Below are positions 36,001 through 47,677 of a stretch of 64,000 nucleotides of DNA, piece after piece. This DNA is from Marsupella aquatica. Lineage: Eukaryota > Plantae > Marchantiophyta. Below the pieces are notes generated by a model that saw only the letters and a list, made by a program, of their open reading frames with translations, was not told the DNA's origin and did not search any database. Within the stretch, counting starts at the first letter, position 1. Every line of letters starts with the position of its first letter. The position numbers and the translations under genes are program-made. The stretch covers positions 21,395,380 through 21,459,379 of the forward strand of contig OZ316891.1 in assembly GCA_973895155.1 (NCBI GenBank), given 5' to 3'.

Positions 36001-36555
36001 TAAGGCTACAGCTTAGTTCTGGTTTGCTCTAGTTAGAGAGGGAAATCGGTTTGGTTTTTGTCCAGAATTTCCCGCTGAGGGATCATATACATTGGCAGTA
36101 TTACTCTCCCCTAGACCAGAGTCAAGGGGAAGATTGTTGGGTATTTACTCTTATGTCTAGGTTAGGTATGACGTGGTTGGTACAACAACATGGTTTGGTA
36201 CAACTACGTGGTTAGGTACAACTACGTGATTAGGTACAACAATGTGGTTAGGTACAACTACGTGATTAGGTACAACAATGTGGTTAGGTTAACTAAGTTG
36301 CACACTATATCATAAGAGGCACGTGTGCTTGAAGATGTAGAACCAAGGCTCATTGTTATGGAGCCACTTGAGAGATAGGGAGAGCTTACACTGTGGAGAC
36401 TCGGTATAGCCGACGAGCTTAGAGTTCAGTAAAGCTCTCTTGTGTGTTCCCGTGGACGTAGCCTCAAGGAGGTGAACCACGTATCTCTTGTGTCGACTAC
36501 TTGCATGTTGTATATGTCATGTGCTTACCGTTGCGATTATCGTCTATACTCAACA
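33065..36555 (+). mobile_element. 5'-truncated Ty1/copia element (INT-RT-RH pseudogene, PPT and 3' LTR 36135-36555)
   Basis: Pol fragments closely similar to copia-A, with stops near 33620, 33863, 35051, 35483 and 35599 and a deletion in KH(IDIRYH)FIR. PPT GAGTCAAGGGGAAGAT precedes TGTTGGG...CTCAACA. Confidence 0.93.
36174..36288. repeat. 18-bp tandem array (~6.5 copies) in the U3 region of the LTR
   Basis: Units TG(G/A)TTAGGTACAAC(T/A)A(C/T)G. Confidence 0.85.
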
Positions 36556-36609
36556 AAAATGAACCCATTTTCTTTACCCTTCTCCCTTGCCATCTCTGGT
36601 AACGTAAAT

Positions 36610-36860
36610 CATGTCAGGAGAAGAGGTTACCGGTGTGTAACCATTTCTACAGGGGCCTGCTATAGTCATAATCTGGTGTCCTGAAAAATTGAGCCGGTAA
36701 CCTCTTTCCGGGCAGGAGTTACGTACACTAATGCAGGGCAAGGCTGGGGTTATAGGCTGTAACCTGTTCCCAGAATATTCAAAGAAGCTTCTCGGCTACC
36801 GCCGGTCAATTTCTTTTCATATTCCGGACGCAGGGTTACAGTCTAATAACCCTGCGTCCA
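36610..36860. repeat. Cluster of GGTTA-N7/8-TAACC palindromes with a perfect 13-bp hairpin
   Basis: GGACGCAGGGTTA-8nt-TAACCCTGCGTCC at 36826-36859. Also GGTTACCGGTGTGTAACC, GGTTATAGGCTGTAACC and the inverted pair AGAGGTTACCGG / CCGGTAACCTCT. Confidence 0.7.
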
Positions 36861-37130
36861 GACTTGCATTACCCTATACCTAATATCCCACCAGAAACTC
36901 ACAATATGTTTTTTGCTTGTAGTTTCATTGCCTGAAATTTATGATTTCCACATGCTGAGTAATATTCGTGTTCTTTTTTCCTTCCCCCGTCTGACAGTAC
37001 CCCGGTCCGTGCTGGTAGTAAGAGTCTATCCGGGCATTCTGCAAACTCGGAGATCCATTCGGGCTTCTTTGTCTGAGAAACCTACAGTAGCTCCACCGGA
37101 CGGCGTCCGCATTTTGTTTTCAGACTGTTA

Positions 37131-37140
37131 TCCAACGGAC
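37131..37140 (+). promoter_or_regulatory. MSA-like (MYB3R) element upstream of TPX2
   Basis: TCCAACGGAC versus consensus YCYAACGGYY (one mismatch). It lies in a CpG-rich region ahead of a CT-rich putative 5' UTR (~37590-37790) of a G2/M gene. Confidence 0.45.
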
Positions 37141-38876
37141 GATATGGTACCCGCCAATATGGGGAAGATCTTGAACAAAGGACACGTCCATTTTGTACAT
37201 AGGATTCTTTGTGTCCCGTCTGCGAATCATACGACATCGACGGCCCACAGCCGGGCGGACGGACGGGCGGAGTACAGCACCCGGAAGTGGAAATCCCGGC
37301 CGACCCTCCATAGCACTCCCAGATCTCGTTATCCATACCACGCTGCACAGCCAAACACGAGAACGTGCTGTGAGAGCTCGCCCGGAGTCGCCAGTTCCCC
37401 CGGATTTATCATCGTTTTGAACCATAATATCGTTATTATATTATTACTACTGTCGATGCGGAGACGTTATTGTTGTTCCTGCGTTTCTCCATTGCACGAT
37501 TTTACTTTTTTGTCGGGCTGCCCGAACGTGAATGTTAACGTTGGAGTCGAGACGTTCGTCTTCGCCTTGGCTGCCCGCTCCCGGTTTCAAATTTCCGCCA
37601 TACTCGCTCCTTCCCCCTCCTCCATTCTCCACTCTCTCTCGCTCTCTCTCTCGCCTCTCAAGCTCTCGATCTTTCAAGCTCTCGATCTCTCGTCTCTCCA
37701 TCGTCTCTCATTCTCTCGCTTGACTGCCCCTACTGACTCTTCTCTTCGCTTCTCTTCTGTGCTCCTGTGGACTCAGCTGAGCAGGTTTGGCGACGGTTTG
37801 AGAGCGCTCTCGGGAGGAGGTGTTTCGGTTTCGTTGAATGCGCACTGTTTGTTGTTGTCACACTGTTGTGGATTGATTGATTGATTGAGCGTTGCTCAGT
37901 TATCGATTCTGCTCGGGACTTGTTGAGGAGGAGGAGGAAGGAGGAGGAGGAGACCGACCCGGCCACGCCGTCGGCCACGCCGCGACGGTAGTAGTCGTTG
38001 AATTTCAAATCTTCCTTCATTCCCCCTCCATGGCCTCTGTTGCGCCTCATGAGCATCGGCGTCCCGGGGCCCTCGAGAACAATGGGAAGCGATGGCGATG
38101 AAGGGGGACCCAAGGAAACGACATTCAGGTTGATGTTCAACTTCGAGCATTCTTGCTGGGCGATCTTGCACATTTCGCAACTGCTCTGAGGTAGGTCGAT
38201 TATTAAGCTGTGCTTTGGGTTTTGGAAGGTTCTGCAATCTCCAATGTTTGATCGCTGAACCGCATTTTCTCTCGAGTGCGGTGATAAGATTCCGGTCCTG
38301 ATTTGGGATTCCATACCGGCCATAGATAGATGCGATAGCGATTCAGCACTGGGGTCTGTAGGTGACGGATCGTCATCGAAGAGTACAGTAAATGAACCCC
38401 TCAAGGTCGTCACATTCTCCGACTGGAAGGGCCGATTATTCAATGCATGGAAGGGTGCAGTAATTGAACTCCTGAAGGGCCTCACATTGTCTGACTGACT
38501 ACGCTCTTGATACTGCTTGGTTTCAGGTTCACGCCAGGAAGTCACTTGCGGGAAATAGTTGGTCTTTATCTATAAGAGCTTAAAGTGTGGATGGGATCGA
38601 CAGCAGCTCAACTTTCTTCTCGCCTCAAGTGCACTAGCTGTGTTGACGACATTGCGTTTCTTCGTAGTAATCTTGTCCAGGGCGAGGAATGGACCTGACG
38701 CTGCAGTGTGGAGAAATCTTCGAGTCTGTGAAAGGCTTTCTGTGTAGAGGGTGGCACACATTGCTGCTGGCCAGGCCCAGCTGATCATTATCCTTCGAAC
38801 ATTCCAGCTAGACAAACAATAGTGGCTTCTGTTTAGGGAGATATCCGCAGTAGGGGTGGCGGAGAACAGGGCACAG

Positions 38877-41800
38877 ATGGAAGAAGAAGCGGTAGAAAAG
38901 AAGAAGGCTCCTCACAGAACTGAACCAGCGTGGGAGTTCGAGGCCCCGAAATATCACGACTTTCTCGTACAAGAAACGGAAGATGAAAGAATCACGGCAG
39001 ACTTGTGGTTCGCCAAGACTATGTGCTACGATGCTTCACGTAAGCATACAATGCTAAGCTTCTTTCCCCCTTACAGCTCCGTGGATTCTTTATATTGATT
39101 TGGTTTCTGTCGTGGCTCTTCTGTCGGGGCAATTAATTCTGTACAACATGGGCACATGAAAGATTTAGTCGGACACAATCATAATGTCTAGTCGGACCAC
39201 GATAAAGGATGTAGATCCGATTCTGTCGTGGATGTGTACGATTGAGGCGTTTCTACGTATTGGATGTACTTCTTTAGGCGAACCTACCGAAGCGAAGCCT
39301 GGTGACCAAGACCTCCGCCCGGTCCCATCATGAACACCGCAAGAAAGTAAAAGAATGGATGACAGTCTCCTCGAATGTCTATGACCCCAAGCCCACATCT
39401 GAAGTTGCTTCCTAGTGAATGTATGCTAGAACCAAACCTGGGCAGGAAACGAATTACATTGCCGAGAAAAGACTCAAACCGTTGAATGGAACCTTCGAAT
39501 GGACTTTCATAGGAGTAGAAAGGACCCTGATGCTAAAAATGAGGCACTAACTTATCAATCTGAAATGCCATTTGAGTTTTACCGGGTAGTATTATGCATT
39601 TAATTAGATGAAATGTCCAGAAGATGGTTTACAGCAAACCTGTCGATTTCCCATCATCCCGATGGCTTCTTTATTAGTGTCCTGTAGAGTGGAGAGTGGG
39701 TATGAGGTGCGTTCTGCAGCTGCAAGACAGAATCTAACTCGTTCGGCTGTTGAATGACCCGGGAGCACAGCCCATGCTGGGAAATCGAAGCCCGTTGCCG
39801 AGTTGCTCAACCTCGCGACACAGGAGGAGGACATGGAAGAGGTACGATTCTTACATCCCGCTCTGGAATGTCTTACCCAGAACATTATGTATGGTATGCT
39901 TGTTGTTACGAAGGAGTGCCTTGGTCCTCTTGACTTAATCTGTGGGAAAGTTTGCTTGAGAAAGTAAAGGTCACTCGAGTTTACATTGCTCGTTTGAAAT
40001 CACGGCTACTCTGGTGTCCGCTCTCTCATATGCTCCATAGCGTCCTGTGTGTCGGAAGCGCGGCCCACAAAACAGGAATGGTTTCTGATTGGAGTGAGCT
40101 TGCGAATGTAGTGGACATATTCAACGAGAGTTGTGATTTCAATCCCGTTCGTACCCGAATAATTAACCATACTGGGCGGTCTCGGTTTTGAAGGTTGTGG
40201 AGGATACTTCAGCACATCAAAACAAGGAGAATCTTTCTGACCCGAGGTATCTTCCCCACGCCGAAACCATTTGAGGTTCAATATAGTGCAAAGGTCTCCA
40301 ACAAACTGAGCTGTTTTCTTGACCATGAAGCTGATTTCGCAATTGCCCCCGCAGGGCAATGACGTCGGCAACCCCGCCGGGAAAGATGCAGGCTGCTGTC
40401 AATGCTGACGTTCAAGATTGCTCATCCCCTGGAGTAGATCATCTGGGTAATGGTTTAACATTTGGCCATTTCGTGTTCTCTTCCGCTTACTCGTTCAATC
40501 ACGGCCTGCTGGAATTATTTTTGTCATGTTTCAGACTACCATCATCTACATTTCACTCTTGATATGCGAGCCCTACGTGTGAAACCTATCTCTTGTAGAG
40601 TATCTTGGAGATTGGTTTGTGTCGATGTTCCCCAGAGACATGATTGAAGTCCAACTCTTCTAGGATGAAGAGTCAGGTGTGCTAAACCTCCCAGAATTCT
40701 TGCCAAACTGGTTGAAAAAACGATTTTTTTGACACCTCCCAGAATTATAGGTGCAACCTACAGGAGGTCTTTCCCTGGCCTTCACTAAGCTTGAACTATC
40801 TGACTGACGGCCTCGGCTGTCGTCACGTGCGCAAAAAACATGAAGACGCTCAACAAGGCTGCTTTGAAGAGTTGCGTGCTGTCTTACATTCAGTTCTAAT
40901 GTGCACTGATTTGTAAGTTGGGCTTGCTTCGTGTGAACAGCCTCTCCAGCTACGTCTGCTACGTCTGCTACGTCTGCTACGTCTGCTACGTCTCGCGAGG
41001 TAGAGGCCGAAGTTTCACCTAGCACACCCAAGGCGAGCCAGAATGGAGGTTTGAAAACTGCGGATAGGAGACCTTTCTCAGTTATGAGTGCAGTGCAGAG
41101 TTCCCCTGGTAGTCTCCCAGCAAAGAGATTGCATTCGGATGGCTGGAATGAAGTTCAGGTGTCTCATGCTGCGACAACGCTTAAGCCTCAGCAGCCTTCA
41201 AATTTAAGGTGTGGTAGTACCGTCGTTATTGCGCAATGTGCACAATGTTCGTGTTCGGTCTATTCTTCGTCTTCTGGTGAATTTTACTCCCAACACTTTT
41301 GAATTGATATTCCTTGTTATCTGTTGTTGATTGGACTGGTTTGATTGGACTGGTTTGCGTTATTTTCAGGCCCCATGCTCACACAACCGCGAAAAAGAAG
41401 GAAACAACCAAGCAGCCATTATCGCAAAGATTTAGGGCCCCATTCAGTCCAGAGGATCCTGCAAACAAAAAACAGAAACTCGAAGGAGGGCGACTCCGTC
41501 AGGTAAAGCTTTATCTGCACACATTTTTGACTCATATTCTCTTTCGGATCCCGCTTCTTGAGTAAACTAGCTCGTTTCAACTTAGCTCAAGGGTAGCTCT
41601 CAAATCCTATACATTCCGTCGTACAACATTACCATGTTCGTTGCTTCGGGAATCAGTTCGTTTAGTATCTCGGTATGTTAGCGATGAGGCGGGAACATTA
41701 ACGCGTTTCACAATTTGTGTCCGCTGAACTGAGCGCAGATAAAGGAACGTGTGGTCCGGCCCAACGACCCTCCTCCTGCCCTCACGAAACCGCAGGAGTT

Positions 41801-44800
41801 CAAGTTTTGCACTGAGAAGCGATCTAGATGTGCGGTAGAGGTCAGTACGACTGCACAGGTGAATTTTCTTCGTCTCAACTTTACATGATTCCAAATGGAA
41901 CCTTTTCCCCATCGATTCGTTTCATGACGTTCAACTTTCATCTTTGTTCCAGGCCGGGAGACATGTTTCACCATTTGTTTCAATGGCTGAGAAGGTGCGA
42001 TCCTTCCAGTGCAAGACACCAGAGCGCTTTCACTTCAATTCCTCAAGCCATCATGATGGGGTCAGTCTGCGCCTTCCAGCACCTCATAGATAATAGAGAA
42101 AGTCCCGTGTCATCGTCTAGTTTAACCGATGCGCAAGGCCTGCTTTTGTACAGCTTTGCGAGGTGCGGAGAAATTTTCTTCTTCCCATTTAGCTCGATTC
42201 GAATAGTTCCCAGAGTTGCACTTGAAATGCTTGCTCTTTGGGGACTGGAGCTTGGACTTACATCCGCTTGTCGTTCTTACTTCCAGGACGACCATGAAAA
42301 GAGAAGGATGAAGTTAACCAAACCCAAGACACCCGAGTTCGAGACTTCTCATAGGTCTAGACTAGCAAAGTAAGACACTCACTCTAACCTCACAATTTTA
42401 TAGTTCCAATATATTTTTTTGAACCAGAAATCCCATAAAATGACTAACGTCCTGTGCGTTGTGAATGCTTTACAGGGTAAAAAGTACTGCCGAATTGGAA
42501 GAGGAAATGCTGGCTAAGGTTCCTAGATTCAAAGCCCGTCCTGCACCAAAGAAGGTACATATTGCTAAACCCCACCCTCCTAAACCCCTTTCACTGGAAT
42601 TTCCCGAGGTCACGTTACCACTAATTAAAATCCAATTAAAGAGAGCGTGCGTTGTTTTACAGATCTTGGAGGCACCCCCCCTACCTGTTATTCTGAAGTC
42701 AGCTCCACACGTGTCCGAGTTTCAGGTAGAGCTGACATTCTGAATTTTATCCGACATGTTTCAGGAGCGAGTTATAGTTAGATCACCTAACCTCCATGAT
42801 TATCTTTTATAAGGCAATCACGCTGGAACACACTCAAACTGAATTTAATTAGTGCCATTGCGGTTCCTACATTGTGTGGAGATTTATAGACAGTTGTTCC
42901 CACTGCGTATGCGGCGATCGCCACCTCGTAGCAAAACACAAAGTTGATGAGGGAATCTTGTCAATGCGATCAGGATTTTTGCCTTATACATCCTGAAATT
43001 CCTTTCTCCATGTGCTCCAGGAATTTCATTTTCGAACTACTGAACGGGCTTTACAACATAAAGGGACCGGTGCAGAGCAAAAAATGCAGCATGACCAAAC
43101 ATCGATGGCCACAACAACAGACTCGGAATCTGTCCGTACCACTGAAACCTTCCATGGAACTATGCCTCTTTTCATGTGTTGTACCAGAGTGAATATTGGT
43201 ACCGTTGGTTACGACCGCCACTGCCGTGATCCATCTTTTCTTCACGTGCTGCCTTCGTATATGCAAACATCATCAGACAAGTTCCTGACGAGCTCTAACG
43301 CATTCCAAATATTTTAAAATTCTTGTGGAGTCAGGTTGCTGAGCTGAAGCAGAGACGTAAGTCAGCGCATGGCAGCAAACTTTTGAGTGAACCACGAGAC
43401 CCTCATCTTCACACTGCAGAGCGGGCTCGTCCCTTAACGTAGGTCACATTTCTGCGTCCGATTATATTCCCTGTTCATGACTTAGCCATTTGGTCCTTCG
43501 GGTTGTGACCTCAAAGTCTCGTTGCTGTCGGCGCCACTCTTCATTCACTAACAAGGTCCTCAATACAAATCTCAGGGTTAAAACCACCGAGGATATGGAG
43601 CTCGAAGAACTTGCAAAGCTTCCCAAATTCAAAGCGCGGCCCTTGAATAAAAGAGTAAGCACATGACAAAGTTCATTGTCAGCTGGAATCATGATTCGAG
43701 AAACATATCTTTCTTCTAATCCTCAATGCATTTCAGATTTCTCACGGGTTCATTTGTGTTTAGATTCTTGAAAGTAAAGGTGAGCTTGGTCTGTTACGCA
43801 CTATCAAGCGTGAGCCTACAAAGCCTCAGGTATGAGACCTTTCCGCTGACATCAATTGACTAAAACACTAGAAGTCATGCTACAGCGAGCGTGAATCCTA
43901 TTTACCGAAGGTTCTTGACCTTCAAATGTATGGAAGTGCTCCGTCGTTTATCCAATGTTCTCACTCGTCTGAGTTCGGTGCAGGAGTTTCACTTCGCTAC
44001 AGATGAACGTTTACAACATCGGGACTTACAACCTCGGGAATTACCTCTTGAACAAATGTTTGGAAAAGTAATTTACTTCAAACCACAGTTATAGCAGCAT
44101 TATTATTTTTATGAAGTTCTCGCACAAAGGTATGTATCTGACACAGAAAGGACCGACTGACACGGATGTTTTGCACTTGCAGATGTCACTCCAGCTACAA
44201 ACCCCTCAGGCTCCATCGCTCAGACCTACTGTACCAGAGCCCTTCAATCTCGAGACCGAAAGTCGTGGACTGCTGAAAGGAATGCGGTTTCTTCAAGAGA
44301 TTTTAGAACGCGAAGAAGAAGAAATGGAAGCTCGGGTTCCTCGAGCTCATCCTTTGCCATTTACAACTGATGTACCCGCTGTAAGTACACAACTCTTACT
44401 CGTTGTTCTTCCGGTTCTACTCCAGTATTTCCAGCAAGGTTGTTTTGGTGGAGTTGAATGTTGCCCTGTCATTTGTCTAACTTCCCAGTGGCGTACCGTA
44501 AATTCCAGATACCACCAAAGCCAGAGCCAAAACCTTGTACTCAACCTGAACCCTTCCAACTGGAGAGCTTGGTGCGTCACGAGGAGGAGTTGCAGAGAAT
44601 CGCTGAAGAGCGCGATCAGGCATATGAATTGGAAGCATCGTTAAAGGCTTTCCGAGCCCAGCCCAACCTCTCGTCTCTGTGAGTCTTCTTCTCTTCACTG
44701 GACTGTAATTTGAGGATCACAGAACGGTAATATCCTCAGTCTGGGTCTCATCACTTTGCATTAGAATCTTAACGAGCAGAACCATAATATTCATTCTGAA

Positions 44801-45971
44801 AAGCTTCAGAGTGGTCATTATCTTTAGTAATCAAAACGGTACTAATGAGAATCCAAGTAACCCAATTCTGACACATCGAAATCTGAATAACCCAAATTTG
44901 ACAAGTCCAAAATCTGAATAAACAAAAGCGAAATCCTCATCGATAATCGTGGTCGAATCTTGATCACTTATGTTTCATAATCTTAATAAGAAGGCTAAGG
45001 CCTGATCGGAATCTTTGTGGTAATCTCAATCGTCATCGTGATGTTTATGGTGTGCCAGTGTTCCGGTGTTTGTACCTCAACGGTCGAGGAAACCTCTGAC
45101 TGAGGTCCACGAGTTCACTTTCCATCTGGAGACTCGTGCAATGGAACGGGCTGATTTTGATCAAAGGGTAAGCTTATATGAAAGTTTGAAAAATCTGCAA
45201 ATTTGGATGTTCATTTCATTATTCTGTCAATGAGGTTGAACTGGACCCGTGCAAATGTCTCACATTTACCAAAGTTTCATTCCTATCATCACGAATAACG
45301 TGCAGGTTGCCGAGAAGCATAATCAATACAAACGATTTAGGGAAGAGTACGAGGCTGCCAGGAAGGTAATTTGTCGTTCTTACTACAACCTACCAGATTT
45401 ACTTCTCAGGAATTCGTGTGACATCTATTCTGGCACAGGACCACTGATTTTAGACTGCAAATTGAACTTCGTTTTGGCTGGATTTTATATCACGGGCCAG
45501 AAATGAATGTCAACTTTGCACTGTGCAGGCGGAAGAGGACAGAAGTATTAAAGCCATGAGACGGGAAATGGTTCCGCATGCACGTCCCATGCCAGTATTT
45601 CAAAGACCATTTGTGCCGCAAAGGTAAAGCCCAGTAAACATGTCAGACTCAGATATTGTTTTCCTCTAAACAAGAAGCTCTATTGCAGGTTCCTATAGGT
45701 GTTTGTCATGCAATGTGATGTTTGCTTATTCACGAAGATTCACGAAGGATTCTGTGAACTGTGAACTCCCTTTATTTCCCCGATGACCATTCTAAGTTAT
45801 TCTTGCTGTTGGTTTGTGTCCGAATTTGTTTGCAGGTCCACCAAAGAGCTCACCCGGCCTGTGTCCCCTCAATTCAACTTACCACCAACTCGCATGCCGT
45901 CATCAGCACGGCGACGTTCCCTGTCGACCTCCATGGCAAGCATGCGACGAAAAATGGGTCAGATGCGCTGA
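38877..45971 (+). CDS. TPX2: Targeting protein for Xklp2 (canonical TPX2), about 20 coding exons
   Basis: Exon 1 carries the Aurora-binding WEFEAPKYHDF..ADLWF. Also KKQKLEGGRLRQ, SPFVSMAEKVRSFQCKTPERFH, KLTKPKTPEFET, VKSTAELEEEMLAKVPRFKARP, QEFHF repeats, RREMVPHARPMP and C-terminal ...GQMR*. GT-AG exons appear in phase (e.g. 38877-39039, 39771-39841, 41953-42060, 45836-45971). Confidence 0.95.
40949..40993 (+). repeat. Coding 9-bp minisatellite (GCTACGTCT)x5 encoding (ATS)5 in a TPX2 exon
   Basis: Five perfect copies in frame within the exon starting at 40941. Confidence 0.9.
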
Positions 45972-47677
45972 GCTGACATTTCAGACCTTAACGCTGTCAG
46001 TTTCCTGTATTTGAGCTAAAACACCGATTGAGATTATTCAATACAGACTCTGAATTGAGACTTCATCCAGTTATCTGTCTAAACTTGCCAGTCACCGGCA
46101 AACCTGGCAGGTCGATGATATATTATGCACAACAGATAGTGGCGAATGTGTGCGGCGGTTCGCGCCTGTAGACATCCATTGTTGGGCTATTGTGATTTGA
46201 CGGCCTTCAAGGCGAGTATTGTCTCGTGCTCATGCCAATCCGGTGGATCAGGAGCACAGGGGTAAAGTCTCATCAAGGTTACAACTACGTGAATTGCAGA
46301 AACGTAGGATGCTCATAATATTGTACACATGATCAATGGCTGGCTGGAAGGCCAGTTATGAGTGACTTGAAGAAGGCGGTGCCTTTGGGGGCTTGGGTTG
46401 CGACTTTGTAAGTTGTCCGTAATTATCAGTAGGACATTTTTTCTGGTAGTGGAGCAGTGCATCAACTCCGAGGAGTGGACTCTGCATCTAAAAGGAGTCC
46501 GTCAGAGAAGCTGTTAAAAATCAATTGTGCTGTTGATGAGGGTGCGACCAGAGCTCAGCTGACCTGTGCGAGTGTAGAATAATTAGCAAGGGAGGAGAAT
46601 GTAGTCAGATTTTCATGAGTGGGGTGAATTTATGCCGCCCTGTTGATTGAGTCCGTATCATTCAACTCATTCACCACTCTTCTGGAATAAAATTTCATTG
46701 TATATTGGTCACTTTAGTTCCCCCAGAGCGGGTTCAAAGAGGGCCCCCTCAGTTATGACGTTCTAATAGAATCGTGACCCTGTATATTTTCCCTTTGGCT
46801 TTTGTATCCCCAGTTCTAATCTGCCATGCATGAAGTCGAATCACGATGTTCCACTGACTTTCCCCTGCTCCTTGGACAGACAACTTTCAAGTCCCCATGC
46901 CTCACTAGCTTGACAATCTTCCAATCTGTGTCTACGAAGTGCATTCTTGTCACCTGTACAGCGAAGGACTAGGACTAATGATCTGGCCATTGGTGATCTT
47001 CCCAATTTCATACCAAGCCTGCAATGTTGCTATTTAGTGGCTTCAATAGTCTTAGATTCTGATGTAATGGGGGTTGATATACGGAATGCTGCAGTTTAGT
47101 GTCTTCAATCAGTCATAGATCACGATAATTATATATGCCGGGGGCATGGCACCTGCTCCACACTGAAAACAAATGACAGAAATGCCAGGCATCTACGCTA
47201 CTATTCGATGAATAGAAATGGTGTATATTTATTACCCCCCAAAATTGAGATTGACTCAGCTCCAACTCGAGGTAAATTATGAGGTGGCGTCTTAATTTGC
47301 CACATTCGACTATACTATGGAGATGCTGTAACATCTCCACTCCACTCACACGATCCCAACGTGAATTGAATGTTTCCTTCTCAAGGGATCACATAATCAA
47401 TGAGTGCTGAAGTTTCAAAATACCACAATTGTGGAGTTCGCTACCTCACCATGCTTCTACTCTTTTACATCTCCATCTCCATGTTTCTGGAGACAGAATA
47501 AAAAAGATCTAAAACCCCTTCCTCTTAGACAGGCTTTTAGATGACATGGACGCATAAGAATGTGGGTAGCTTACTGGTTTTTGTGCCAGCTTAAGTCATA
47601 ATTTACTTTTCTTTTCGGCTAAATAATTGGGATCTATGAATAGAAAGCTCTTTAACATGTGGACAGTGAATGAACCC

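Noticed and set aside
36913-37884. 323-aa plus-strand ORF
   Set aside because: TTG start, spans the GC-rich promoter and CT-repeat leader of TPX2, Leu/Ser low complexity and no domain.
37730-38545. 271-aa minus-strand ORF, and the 146-aa ORF at 61115-61555
   Set aside because: Similarity between the two regions is at the DNA level, with indels that break shared frames, so it is not evidence of a conserved protein.
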